Made by a program: the position numbers and the translations under genes
The notes under the pieces: generated by a model
Told to the model about the DNA's origin: nothing
Seen by the model: only the letters and a program-made list of their open reading frames with translations
Database searches by the model: none
In this document: positions 12,585-23,529 of the stretch, in pieces
Position numbering within the stretch: the stretch's first letter is position 1
Layout: each line of letters begins with the position of its first letter
Assembly: GCF_036365525.1 (NCBI RefSeq)
Contig: NC_090395.1
Coordinates: 15,551,714 to 15,615,713 of the forward strand
Length of the DNA: 64,000 bases
Direction of reading: 5' to 3'
Origin: Heterodontus francisci
Taxonomy: Eukaryota

Positions 12585-13710
12585 GGCATAACTTCCCTAC
12601 AACTGACAAGACTGGCTGAGTGGATCACTGAAGGAAAAACATTACACGTACATCTGGCAGGGAAGAGTTCAGAGGAAACACGAGCAGGATGTTGGCTTCG
12701 CTGTAAGGAACTCGCTGCTCTCAATGATAGAACCCTCCCACAAATGGTTCAGAACATGTTCTATTAAAACAGGGCTAGTTAACCACAAGTATCTATGTTC
12801 CAATGCTGTGCTCCACTGCAGAGACGAAAAAACAGTTCTACGAGGAATTTGACACTGCAATCTGCAGAATCCCTAATATAGAATGTCTTTCCCTACTGGG
12901 GGATTTCAATGCAAGTGGGTGTGGACCATGATACATGGCCCACTTGCCTCAGACATCACAGCATGGGAAAGATAAATGAATATTGGCAGAAACAACTTGA
13001 GCTTTGCTGCGACCATGAACAGTGTGTAACTAACACACTTTTTCAGAACAAACCATGCCCCGACGTATCTGGAGGCAGCCAAGGTCAGGTCAGTAGAATC
13101 GGCTGGACCTGATCATCACCAGATGTGACTTTCAACAGCATCCTCAATACACACTATTACCATAGTGCTGACTGCAATACAGATCACTCCCTATTGTGTG
13201 CCAGGGTTAGGATGGAACCCTTGAAGCTTTTCCATTCAAAGCAGAAAGGCTGTCCTCATAATTTCAGCCATAGTGCCTACCCAGATAGGAAGCAACAATT
13301 CCTTGACTCGATTGAATAGGCACTCACCAGCATTCCCACAGACTGCAGAAGCAAAATGGAACCATTGAGATACCATTTACAATACTGTACTCCCAAGCAA
13401 AAACATTGACTGGTTTGAGACTAACATCACTATAATGGAACCTGACATTGAAGTCAAGCAATCTACTCTAATTACAAGAGATCCGGGTGAGAAGACTCTG
13501 AATGCATTAAGAACTGCTTGAAGTAAAGTCCCAAGACTGTTAGGTACTGTGCCAACGGCTACAATTTTGCCAGAATATCCAGATGTTCTCCGACACAGGG
13601 CATGTATGATGGGAACAAAAAATGCAACAGCTCCATTGAAAACAAAGGCATGGGAGGTCATCACCTACTGCAATGAATAGTTGGAGAAATGGGTGGAACA
13701 CTACCTTGCA
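12585..13710 (+). mobile_element. RTE-clade LINE remnant (endonuclease region)
   Basis: Fragments WQGKSSEE, VGFAVRNSLL, LLGDFNA, VGVDHDTWPTCL...CVTNTLFQNKP and HSADCNTDHSL, typical of RTE/BovB-like APE domains. Many frameshifts. Confidence 0.7.
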
Positions 13711-13719
13711 TTGCACTAA

Positions 13720-14176
13720 CAGTGGCCACGGCCAAGGCTGCAGAATTAGGGCGCCTCAATGGACAGGGGTAAGTGAAGTTGGGGCAACTGGGGAGGGGTT
13801 GTCGCTAAGGGCAGGCAGCACCGTTGCTGTGGGGGCAGCCATCGTTGCCAGGGGGTCCCTCCATGAGTCATGGAGGGTAACCCCCCCCCCCCCAATGTCC
13901 ACTGGGAGGACACCAGGTTTCATTGACATTTCATTGTCACCCTATGCCACAGCAGGCCCTCCCGCTGCAGGCAAAATGCCCATGGAGATGGGAAGTGGCC
14001 CTTAATTGGCCATGTAAGTGGCTCAATTGGCCTCGCAGCAGGCAGCCAATCGGCCAGCTTTCCCACTGCTGGCAGAAAGGCATGGCAGCAGGAAGATGTC
14101 CACACACCTTCCTGTGCCATTTTGCCAGTCCTCCTACACACCAGCCCCCCCACAAAGGAATGGTAAAATTCAGCCC
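13720..14176. mobile_element. Harbinger-type MITE fragment ending in AAAATTCAGCCC
   Basis: TIR-like end at 14165-14176. Internal ggcccttaattggcc motif is shared in variant form with 8770-8825. Confidence 0.55.
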
Positions 14177-14179
14177 TGT

Positions 14180-14595
14180 GTTTCTCATCAGAAGGTTAGA
14201 TAAGTATTAAAGGCATCAGATAAGATTTACTTATCCTCCTTGTCAAAAGTTAAAAATCCTGTAGTTGAATTGACTAGGCTAATAGAAATTAGAGAGAAGT
14301 GTGAAACCTGTAAAAAGTATTGGATGACACGACCTCCTATTGTAAGCCCTCCATTAGCAAGTGACTAACGAGGTAGCTGCCATCGATCTAAAGGTCACGA
14401 CAAACACATAAAATTCTTTTTTTTGTAGACCTGGTGACCAGATTTAATCTTTTTTCAATAATACATAGCAAGGGCAAAAGAGTGATTATAGACAAACCAT
14501 GGAGAAATTGACAGACTGGACTGAGGCCACCAGTGAAGGTTCTGACGGATAATAGAGGGGAATTTACCAATGACAAGTTCAGAGCCCTGTGTGGA
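14180..14595 (+). mobile_element. LTR-retrotransposon integrase remnant (possibly Copia-like)
   Basis: Fragments KCETCKK, PPIVSPPLASD, EVAAIDLK, VDLVTRF and KVLTDNRGEFTNDKF: HHCC tail plus the first two D residues of the DDE core. Confidence 0.55.
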
Positions 14596-14736
14596 AACAT
14601 GGTATCCAAAGGAGGCTAGGCAATCCCATAACCTCCTCCCCAAACAAAGCCTTTTTAAATAATGGGCAGAGTGGCACTACAGCACTTCGTACATATGGGA
14701 TATTAACCCAGATTCCGAACAAGGTTGTGCTCAGGA

Positions 14737-14746
14737 TTTATTTATT
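14737..14746 (-). terminator. Overlapping AATAAA poly(A) signals of alpha-tubulin
   Basis: Plus-strand tttatttatt about 70 nt past the stop codon. Confidence 0.6.
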
Positions 14747-14814
14747 ACAGTTTATCATTGCATCGGTAATACAGCACAGTATAGCTATTGCCTTCGGTTG
14801 CTGGAATGTGGCTT

Positions 14815-15108
14815 TCAGTATTCCTCCCCATCCTCTTCCTCCTCCAGAGAGTCTGCTCCCACCTCCTCGTAGTCCTTCTCCAAAGCTGCCAGGTCTTCCC
14901 GTGCCTCAGAGAACTCTCCTTCTTCCATCCCCTCACCCACATACCAGTGGACAAATGCACGCTTGGCATACATCAGGTCAAACTTATGATCGAGCCGAGC
15001 CCAGGCCTCAGCAATGGCAGTTGTATTACTCAGCATACAGACAGCACGCTGAACCTTGGCCAGGTCCCCACCAGGCACTGCGGTGGGAGGCTGGTAATTG
15101 ATCCCAAC
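14815..15108 (-). CDS. tuba5: Alpha-tubulin exon 5 (V353-Y449, stop)
   Basis: cag|GTTGGG: [97 protein letters not shown], 294 nt. Alpha-tubulin is certain; the paralog name is inferred from RABIF adjacency. Confidence 0.96.
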   Translation of the reverse strand, partial: VGINYQPPTAVPGGDLAKVQRAVCMLSNTTAIAEAWARLDHKFDLMYAKRAFVHWYVGEGMEEGEFSEAREDLAALEKDYEEVGADSLEEEEDGEEY

Positions 15109-15719
15109 CTGATGACCAGGGAGAGAAAAAGAGAGAAAGTAGTTAGATAAAATCATTTGTCACACACAGAACTGCAGAGTTTAACACAATCTGCTACTGT
15201 ACTAAATTAAACACACATCAACATCAACTCCACTTCTGCACTCATGCTGGGGAGACCCAGCCAGCCCAACAGCAACATGGAGCTGTCATTTGTCTGTAGT
15301 GAACAGCTCGAGCAAACTCAGGAATTTGTAAAGTATCAAGCATGAAGACACAAGGTCTCAACAGCCTTTCCCGTGTGTTAAAAGTTATCATTTTTTTTTA
15401 AAAACTTAAACGTTACATGCAGTCTGAGTGACCAGTAACTAGTCAGTAACAGGCAGACTGCTCGGGAATGACTGCCCATGGACAATCTTTGAAACCAGTT
15501 ATATTACTCCAGCAAATAAACCAGGTTAGCTTTGCCCATTTGTCTTAAGTGGCTGTCAGGAAGAAGCAGGATCCCTGACTGCACAATTCCCTCCAAACCA
15601 GGCTACTGAAGGTCAACTCACAGCATCTACCAGGGGTTAACCCTTTCCTTGTTATAACCGCACAGAAAGAGGTTATTGAGCTCCTGCCACTCTGTAGAGC
15701 AATCCAGTCAATTTCATTC

Positions 15720-16035
15720 AAGTTGTGGGAGTCAATGCCAAGGCCAGCATTTACTGCATTTGCCTAGCTGCCCTTCTGACTTGCCACTTCAGAGGGCAGT
15801 TAAGGGTCAATCTCTGTGGGACTAGAGTCTCATATAGGCCAGGCTAGCTAGGGGTGGCATGTTTGTTTGCTTAAAAAAAGGACATGACTGAACCAGTTGG
15901 GTCTTTATGACAATCTGATGATTTATTATCACCCACATTTTTATTTCCAGATTCTTTCAACAACCATGGTAGGATTTGAACTTATGTTCTCTGGACTATT
16001 GGCCAGTATCACCCTAGATTAGGTCAGTAACCCGG
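15720..16035 (-). mobile_element. Degenerate DeuSINE (SacSINE1-like)
   Basis: Reverse-complement similarity to 23078-23432 (ggccagcatttact, ttcagagggca, ccagatt, gatttgaa). Confidence 0.6.
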
Positions 16036-16196
16036 GGCCTTGGCCAGCCAGACCAGGTCAGCTGCAGTCTACAAAAGCAGGGTGATCCAGAGAGACCCTG
16101 CTGACAAGTACTTCCCCTGGTCTAATTACAGCTTGAAGAGAACTTGTCAGATTTGGGTTCAGCTTCAGCAAGAATGGAATCACTGACTAAGGTTTA

Positions 16197-16928
<732 letters not shown>

Positions 16929-17594
16929 TCAGTATCAACATTCAGCATTACAGCTTGCTCCCACCAGCCTACAGTAAATGAAGAATCTCAGTAACTCCAG
17001 GCCATACTTCACCAACTTCTCTATGTGTTGTTGAAGATCTGTGTATGCCACACACTTCCAGTATTAACCTGCAGGTCTGCATTTATAATGGCACTGTCAC
17101 AAACCAGTCAGTACTTTTGAATTCTCAAATTTCTAACGTTAAGATTTTAAAACAAAACAAGGTTGTGTTTCACAGTAACATTGCCCCTTTTAATTATCTT
17201 GTGTTTTTAATGTCTTTTTTTAATCAAAGGCCTATGCCTCAAAAGCCTGGGCTTGATGGCCATATATTCTGCTCAGACTCCATTAACTGAAGGCAGATCC
17301 TTCAGTCTGGGCACATGTCGTTTGCACAATTTCAGAGAACGTATTGACAACATTCTGCCTCAAAAATGCTATTTGGTCATTTTTCAAAATGCTTAAAAGG
17401 AAAGCTGGAGGACAAATTTCAAAAACTTTAAATCAATCAGTTAGAGTTTAGTTCAGTGTTAAAACATCAAGGAGGAAGTGTGTGTGAAACAGAAATGGCA
17501 AAAGCCCAAGGAATCTCTCCAAAACCCAGCAAGCCCAACACATTCCATATTATATACAAACATTTTATATTATATATAATACATATAAAAACAT

Positions 17595-17937
17595 TTCTTA
17601 ATTCATTCTTGGGATGTGGGTGTTGCAGGCAAAGCCAGCTTTTATTTCCCATCCCTAACTTCCCCTGAATAACTTCTTGAACCGCTGCAGTCCATGTGAT
17701 GTAGGTACACCCACAGTGCTGTTAGGAAGGAAGTTCCAGGATTTTGACCCAGCAACAGTGAAGGAACGGTGATATATTTTCAAGTCAGGATGATGCGTGG
17801 CTTGGAGGGGAACTCGCAGGTGGTGGTGTTCCCTTGTCCTTCCAGGTGGTAGTCGTTGTGGGTTTGGAAGGTGTTGTTGAAGGAGCCTTGGCGAGTTGCT
17901 GCAGTGCATCTTGCAGATGGTACATACTGCAGCCACT
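17595..17937 (-). mobile_element. L2-type LINE 3' fragment
   Basis: AAVCTICKMHCSNSPRLLQQHLPNP...SFTVAGSKSWN. Same family as 12185-12580. Confidence 0.85.
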
Positions 17938-18282
17938 TATTTTTTATATACAACAAAAATATACCCCAGAGTATAATTTATAAAATGGTATTTGACTTAC
18001 TCCCTGTGTATCATTGTTCTAATGTTATCTGTACATGGTCTCATTAAGGAAAGAGTGAATCCTCAGACTCATGAGCAATAGGTTCCTGCTGCTGTAGGAA
18101 GTCAGTGAGGTCCAATACTGAAAAATGGCCATGTTGTATGAAGAGAAACGGTATGGTCTAGAAACAGTCAGTTATTCAACACAAACTACTCTGGTATGAG
18201 CAATGATTTGACATCGGGAAGGAGACAGGACAGATGTGGTGAATAGTGTTCCACAAGAGTCTGTGCTGGGACAGCTCTCATG

Positions 18283-18962
18283 TCATAGAGTCAGAGTTAT
18301 ATGGCACTGAAACAGGCCCTTCGGCCCATCATGTCCATGCCGGCCATCAAGCACCTATTTATTCTAATCCCATTTTCTAGCACTTGGCCCATAGCCTTGT
18401 ATGCTATGGCATTTCAAGGGCTCATCTAAATACTTCTTAAATGTTGAGGGTTCCTGCCTCTACCACCCCTTCAGACAGTTTATTCCAGATTCCAACCACC
18501 CTCTGGGTTAAATTTTTCTGCCTCAAATCCCCTCTAAACCTCCTGCCCTTCACCATAAATCTATGCCCCCTGGTTATTGACACCCCGGCGAAGGAAAAAA
18601 AAAAGTTTCTTCCTATCTATCCTATTTATGCCCCTCAATTTTGTATACCTCAATCAGGTCCCCCCTCAGCCTTCTCTGCTCTAAGGAAAACAACTCTAGC
18701 CTATCCAGTCTCTCTTCATAGCAGAAATGTCCCAGCCCAGGCAACATCCTGGTGAATCTCTTCTGCACCCTCTCCAGCGCAATCACATGTGATTTAATCA
18801 AAGGCATAGGCCTTTGATTAAAAAAAGACATTAAAAACACAAGTGGGGACTGGAACTGTACACAGTACTCCAGCTGTGGCCTAACTAGTGTTTTATACAG
18901 CTCCATCATAACCTCCTTGCTCTTGTATTCTATGCCTTGGTTAATAAAGGCAAGTATCCCAT
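18283..18962 (-). mobile_element. CR1 (HER1-like) 3' fragment with templated insertion
   Basis: [17 protein letters not shown]...VIALERVQKRFTRMLPGL. 3' end gggccgaagggcctgtttcagtg is shared with HE1 SINEs. Confidence 0.9.
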
Positions 18963-19064
18963 AGATTGAATCAAGCTATTAAGACTTAGGATCCTAGGGA
19001 ACAATGTGGGAACTTGTAACAAGGACTGAAGGAGAGCACAGGCAGAGGCAAATGCAGTTCAATG

Positions 19065-19820
19065 GGATGCCTGAAGAACAGAAAACACTCCTTCCAAGTG
19101 AAAGTGATTTACTTGTACTTCTTTCAAATTAGTATACTGTATTCGCTGCCACAATGCAATCTCCTCTACATTGGAGACCAAACACAGACTCGGTGACCGC
19201 TTTGCAGAAAACTGCCATTCATCCACAAGCATGACGCCAAGCTTCCTGTCACTTGTCATTTTAATTCTCTACCTTGTTCCAACCCTTGCGCTTGGCCCGT
19301 CAGTGTTCCAATGAGGCTCGAGGAACAGCACCTCATCTTTCAATTGGGCACTTTACAGCATTCTGGACTCATGGAGTTCAATAATTTTAGATCATAACCT
19401 CTGCCTCCATTCTTTTTTTCCTTTTCTCATTGAGTCTTCCCTCCTCTTGCTTCACCAACCACCCTCCCCTCCCGCCACTCCGCTTCTTTCTTAATCCTTT
19501 ACTTCGTGTTCAGATGCTGCTATTTGGCCATCTACACCTTATCCAAAGGCATCTTTTGTTTCCTTCCTTGGTTTTGTACCACAAAACCTTTTGTCATTAA
19601 TCTCTCCTGCCATCCACACCATCAGACTTTCCCCTTTTGTGGTTCTTCCTTTCCTCCCCTCTCTCCGCCAACCTCCATCTTTCACTAGTGTAAAACCTAT
19701 TACATTTCTAACCTTTGCCAGTTCTGATGAAAGGTCATTGACCTGAAAAGTTAACTCTTTCTCTCTCTCCACAGAACTGCCAGACCTGCTGAGTATTTCC
19801 TGCATTTTCTGTTTTGTTTG
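19065..19820 (+). mobile_element. Penelope-like element remnant (GIY-YIG fragment + pLTR)
   Basis: FTCTSF.LVYCIRC...LLYIG..KHRLGDRFAE is homologous to 20694-20960 on the minus strand. pLTR tail ctccacag...gacctgctgagtatttcc. Confidence 0.8.
19719..19757 (+). ncRNA. Minimal type I hammerhead ribozyme motif (Penelope pLTR), best-preserved copy
   Basis: CAGUU-CUGAUGA-A-AGGUCA-U-UGACCU-GAAAA-GUU-AACUC: helix I AGUU/AACU, intact CUGAUGA and GAAA boxes, palindromic helix II. Helix-III C is mutated to A. Confidence 0.65.
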
Positions 19821-19932
19821 AGATAGGACTCCTTAAATGGAGTTAGGGAGCTGGAAACACGGGTCAAGAGACTAACTTGTCTCTTATCAAGTCACGTGAC
19901 ATTCCCCTGTCCTGCCTGCCCTCAATACTCAC

Positions 19933-20081
19933 CAACTTTCGGACACGCTCCAACACCATGTCGATGATCTCCTTTCCAACAGTGTAATGCCCTCGGGCAT
20001 AGTTGTTGGCTGCATCTTCCTTTCCTGTGATCAGTTGTTCCGGGTGAAAGAGCTGGCGATAAATCCCAGTTCTGACCTCGT
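19933..20081 (-). CDS. tuba5: Alpha-tubulin exon 3
   Basis: ttctag|(D)[49 protein letters not shown]|gtgagt. 149 nt. Confidence 0.96.
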
Positions 20082-20282
20082 CTAGAAGAGAGGAAGGTAA
20101 CAAAGGACAGTCAACAGATTGCACATAGGAAGGGTGTTAAAATATGAAAAGGACAAAATAGAAAAAACTAGGAGTCAGCCTGGACTCAATTGAACACTGG
20201 AGGCAGAGCAGAGTCATGAGACTAAAACAAGAAATGCTGGAAATATTCAGCAGGTCCGGCAGCATCTGTGGAGAGAGAAGCA

Positions 20283-20321
20283 GAGTTAGTGTTTCAGGTC
20301 AGTGACCTCTCAACAGAACTG
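20283..20321 (-). ncRNA. Degenerate hammerhead motif (pLTR), sense to tubulin pre-mRNA
   Basis: CAGUU-CUGUUGA-G-AGGUCA-C-UGACCU-GAAAC-ACU-AACUC. Core A6 and the cleavage triplet are mutated. Confidence 0.5.
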
Positions 20322-21655
20322 AGAAGGTTGGAAATGTAATAGGTTTTAAGCAAATAAAACAGGGGTGGGGAAAGAGATAACAAAAAGGGTGTTGATAGGA
20401 CAGGGTCGCAGAGAATAACTGACCAGGTGGTCATGGAGCAAAGGCAAACAGTATGTTAATGGTGTGCTGAAAGACAAAGCATTAGTGCAGAGAGGGTGTT
20501 AATTGACAGAAAAATGGCCCAAAGCACAAACATGAAAAAAAAGTGGGTAGGCACATGGTAAAAAATGATGAAACAAACCAAAATAAAAAGTAACTAGAAA
20601 TAAAAAAGGGGGGCCCCCGTCATGTTCAGTCCGGCAGTCTGTAGCATGCCTAATCGGTAAATGAGATGCCGTTCCTCGAGCTTGCATTGATGTTCACTGG
20701 AACACTGAGCAATCCCAGGACAGAGATGTGGGCATGAGAGCAGGGGGGAAAGTGTTGAAATGGCCAGCAACCGGAAGCTCGGGGTCATGCTTTCGGACTG
20801 GGCGGAGGTGTTCCACAAAGCGGTCACCCAATCTGTGTTTGGTCTCCCCAATGTAGAGGAGACCACATTGTGAGCAGCGAATACCATATACTACATTGAA
20901 AGAAGTACAAGTAAATCGCTGCTTCACCTGAAAGGAGTGTTTGGGGCCTGGAATAGCGAGGAGAGAGGAGGTAAATGGGCAGGTATTACACCTCCTGCGA
21001 TTGCAAGGGAAGGTGCCGTGGGAAGGGGACAAAGGTGTTGGGGGTAACTGAGGAGTGGACCAGGGTGTCACGAAGAGAACTGGATTGCTGACAGGTGAAG
21101 ATGCGTTTGGTGGTGGCATCATACTGGAGGTGGTGGAGGATGATCCTTTGGATGTGGAGGCTGGTGGGGTGGAAAGTGAGGACAAGGGGAACCCTGTTGC
21201 AGTTCTGGGAGGGAGGGGAAGAGGTGAGGGTAGAAGTGCAGGAAATGGGCCAACCACGGTCGAGAACACTGTCAACTACAGTGTTGGGGGGAGGGGGGGG
21301 GGGGGGTGGAAAAAGAGAGAAGAGATACTCGGTTGAGGAAAAAGGAAGATGCATCAGAAGCACTGTTGTGGAAGGTTGCATCATCAGAGCAGACCGGACT
21401 GAACAGGGAGTTCAAAAATTTCAGAGCATGACGGGCCCCCCTTTTTATTGTTAGTTATTTTTTTCTTTTTTGTCTATTGTACTATAGTTTGTTTCATCAT
21501 TCATTTTTTTTTTTAACCATGGCCTACCCGCTGTTTTTTTTCCATGTTTGTGCTTTGGGCCAGGGCTGTTAATTTTTCTGTCAATTAATACCCTCTCTGC
21601 ACTAACACTGTCTTTCAGCACACCATTAACCTTTGCTCCATGACCTTCTAGTCAG

Positions 21656-21983
21656 TTTATTTTTATTTTTTATTTAGAGATACAGCACTGAAACAGGCCC
21701 TTCGGCCCACCGAGTCTGTGCCAACCAACAACCACCCATTTATACTAATCCTACATTAACCCCATATTCCCTACCACATCCCCACCATTCTCCTAACACC
21801 TACCTACATTAGGGGCAATTTATAATGGCCAATTTACCTATCAACCTGCAAGTCTTTGGCTGTGGGAGGAAACCAGAGCACCCGGCGGAAACCCACGCGG
21901 TCACAGGGAGAACTTGCAAACTCCGCACAGGCAGTACCCAACTGTGAGGCTGTGGTGCTAACCACTGCGCCACTGTGTCACCC
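21656..21983 (-). mobile_element. HE1 V-SINE inserted in Penelope pLTR
   Basis: tRNA-like head gtggcgcagtggttagcacc, V-core ggagtttgcaagttctccctgtg, HER1-type tail. Confidence 0.9.
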
Positions 21984-22068
21984 TGTCCTATCAACACCTT
22001 GCCTTTTCTTATCTCTTGCCCCACCCCTGCTTTATTTGCTTAAAACCTATTACATGTCTAACATTTGC

Positions 22069-22107
22069 CAGTTCTGATAACAGGCCACTGACCTGAAACA
22101 TTAACTG
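22069..22107 (+). ncRNA. Degenerate hammerhead motif (pLTR)
   Basis: CAGUU-CUGAUAA-C-AGGCCA-C-UGACCU-GAAAC-AUU-AACUG. Perfect helix I, G8 mutated. Confidence 0.5.
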
Positions 22108-22289
22108 TTTCTCTCTCCACAGATGCTGCCGGACCTGCTGAGTATTTCCAGCATTTGTTTTTATTTCAGATTTCCAGCATCTGCAGTATTTTGCTTTTAT
22201 TTTACAATCATGAGACTGATCGCCAGTGTCAGGGCCCCCGAGTTATGAGGAAAGGTTCGAGGCATTCAGACTCTTCAGCCTACAAAGGA

Positions 22290-22844
22290 GCTGGACTTTG
22301 TTTGCCTCCCAATATTGGGCTCTGTGGCGGCAGGGGGGGGTGGGTGCCGGAAGATTGGAGCGGCACTAGCCTGCCACGAAACCAGACGCCGAGATTACCA
22401 GGCCCGATCTTCTTGGCAGCCGGGAAACTCCGTGGTGGGCCCTCTGCCGTTCTGCGAAGGGACCCAACTTTACATATTAAAATTAGCTGTTTGCATTAAT
22501 TAAAATCTAATCCGCAGCGATCTTACCTGCAGTTCCACATCTTCAGCGCGACGGGCAACACTCACTTGCCTTCTCTTTTCCGTCCAGGTAAAGCTGGGGA
22601 AGGGGGTGTCTCGGATTGTGGAGGTGGTGGGGGCGTGGGAGAAGGGGTCAACTCTGTATTGGTAGTGTAGTTGAGGTGAGGGGGGAAAAGAGGAAAAACA
22701 GGGAAAATATGTATTTTTGGTGTAGTTGCGGGGGTGGAACGGGGGCAACTCTGCAGGTTGGCAGGCTTTTAAAAATGGCACCAGCGCCTGCACAGAAACA
22801 GTTGACACAGTTCACGGCGTAACCAAGGCCATCCCCGCCACGTG

Positions 22845-22879
<35 letters not shown>

Positions 22880-23021
22880 TGGGGAACAAAAAACGGCTGC
22901 CCTGCACATGATAATGAGCCGATGGGCTCAAGATTGGGATGCCGTGTGGCCCATGCGTGCCAGCCGCCATTTTCTTTTTATGCCTGCCGTTGCTCTCAGC
23001 AGTGGGACTATAAAGTCCAGT
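22290..23021. mobile_element. MITE (probably Harbinger-type) with CTGGACTTT terminal inverted repeats
   Basis: CTGGACTTT at 22291-22299 and AAAGTCCAG at 23012-23020. Non-coding, GC-rich, with an internal poly-G run. Confidence 0.55.
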
Positions 23022-23077
23022 GGCTGGAGGTGACTTTGAGTAAGTATTGTACAGAGGAGAATTCAGACTACTTTGAG

Positions 23078-23432
23078 AGGTGGTGGCGCAGTGGTAGCGT
23101 CTAGTAATCCAGAGCCCAGGCTAGTGCTCTGGCGACACTGATTCAAATCCCACTACACAGATGGTAACATTTGAATTCAATTAATAAATCTGGAATTGTA
23201 AACTCGTCTAATGGTGACCATGAAACCATTGTCGATTGTTGTAAAAACCCATCTGGCCCTTTAGGGAAAAAAATCTGCTGTCCTTACCTGGTCTGGCCTA
23301 CATGTGATTCCAGACTCACAGCAATGTTGTAGACTCAAATGCCCTCTGAAATGGCCTAGCAAGACACTCAGTTTGGGATGGGCAATAAATGCTGGTCAGC
23401 GACACCCACATCCCACAAACGAATTTAAAAAA
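23078..23432 (+). mobile_element. SacSINE1-like DeuSINE
   Basis: tRNA-like head, Deu-type core (ccttacctggtctggcctacatgtgattccagac) and a 3' tail shared with the L2-type LINE. Confidence 0.8.
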
Positions 23433-23529
23433 TAAGTCAAATATTGGGAGGTGGTCAAGGGGGACAGGTTCACTGGGAAACATATTGTGCCCGTCTTCTC
23501 AGAAGATAAACCACAATAGAGGACAACTA

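Larger units (their letters stand above)
20224..22207. mobile_element. Penelope-like insertion with inverted pLTRs and 10-bp TSD
   Basis: Minus arm 20224-~21390 encodes PCNRRRCNTCP...FTCTSFNVVYGIRCSQCGLLYIGETKHRLGDRFVEH (GIY-YIG). Plus arm ~21410-22207 is an inverted pLTR. TCATGAGACT occurs at 20214-20223 and 22208-22217. Confidence 0.85.

Noticed and set aside
22847-22877. ~31-nt poly-G run (shorter G/C runs also at ~3150, 3940, 21290, 59030)
   Set aside because: Homopolymers inside TEs whose length is unreliable; no functional evidence.
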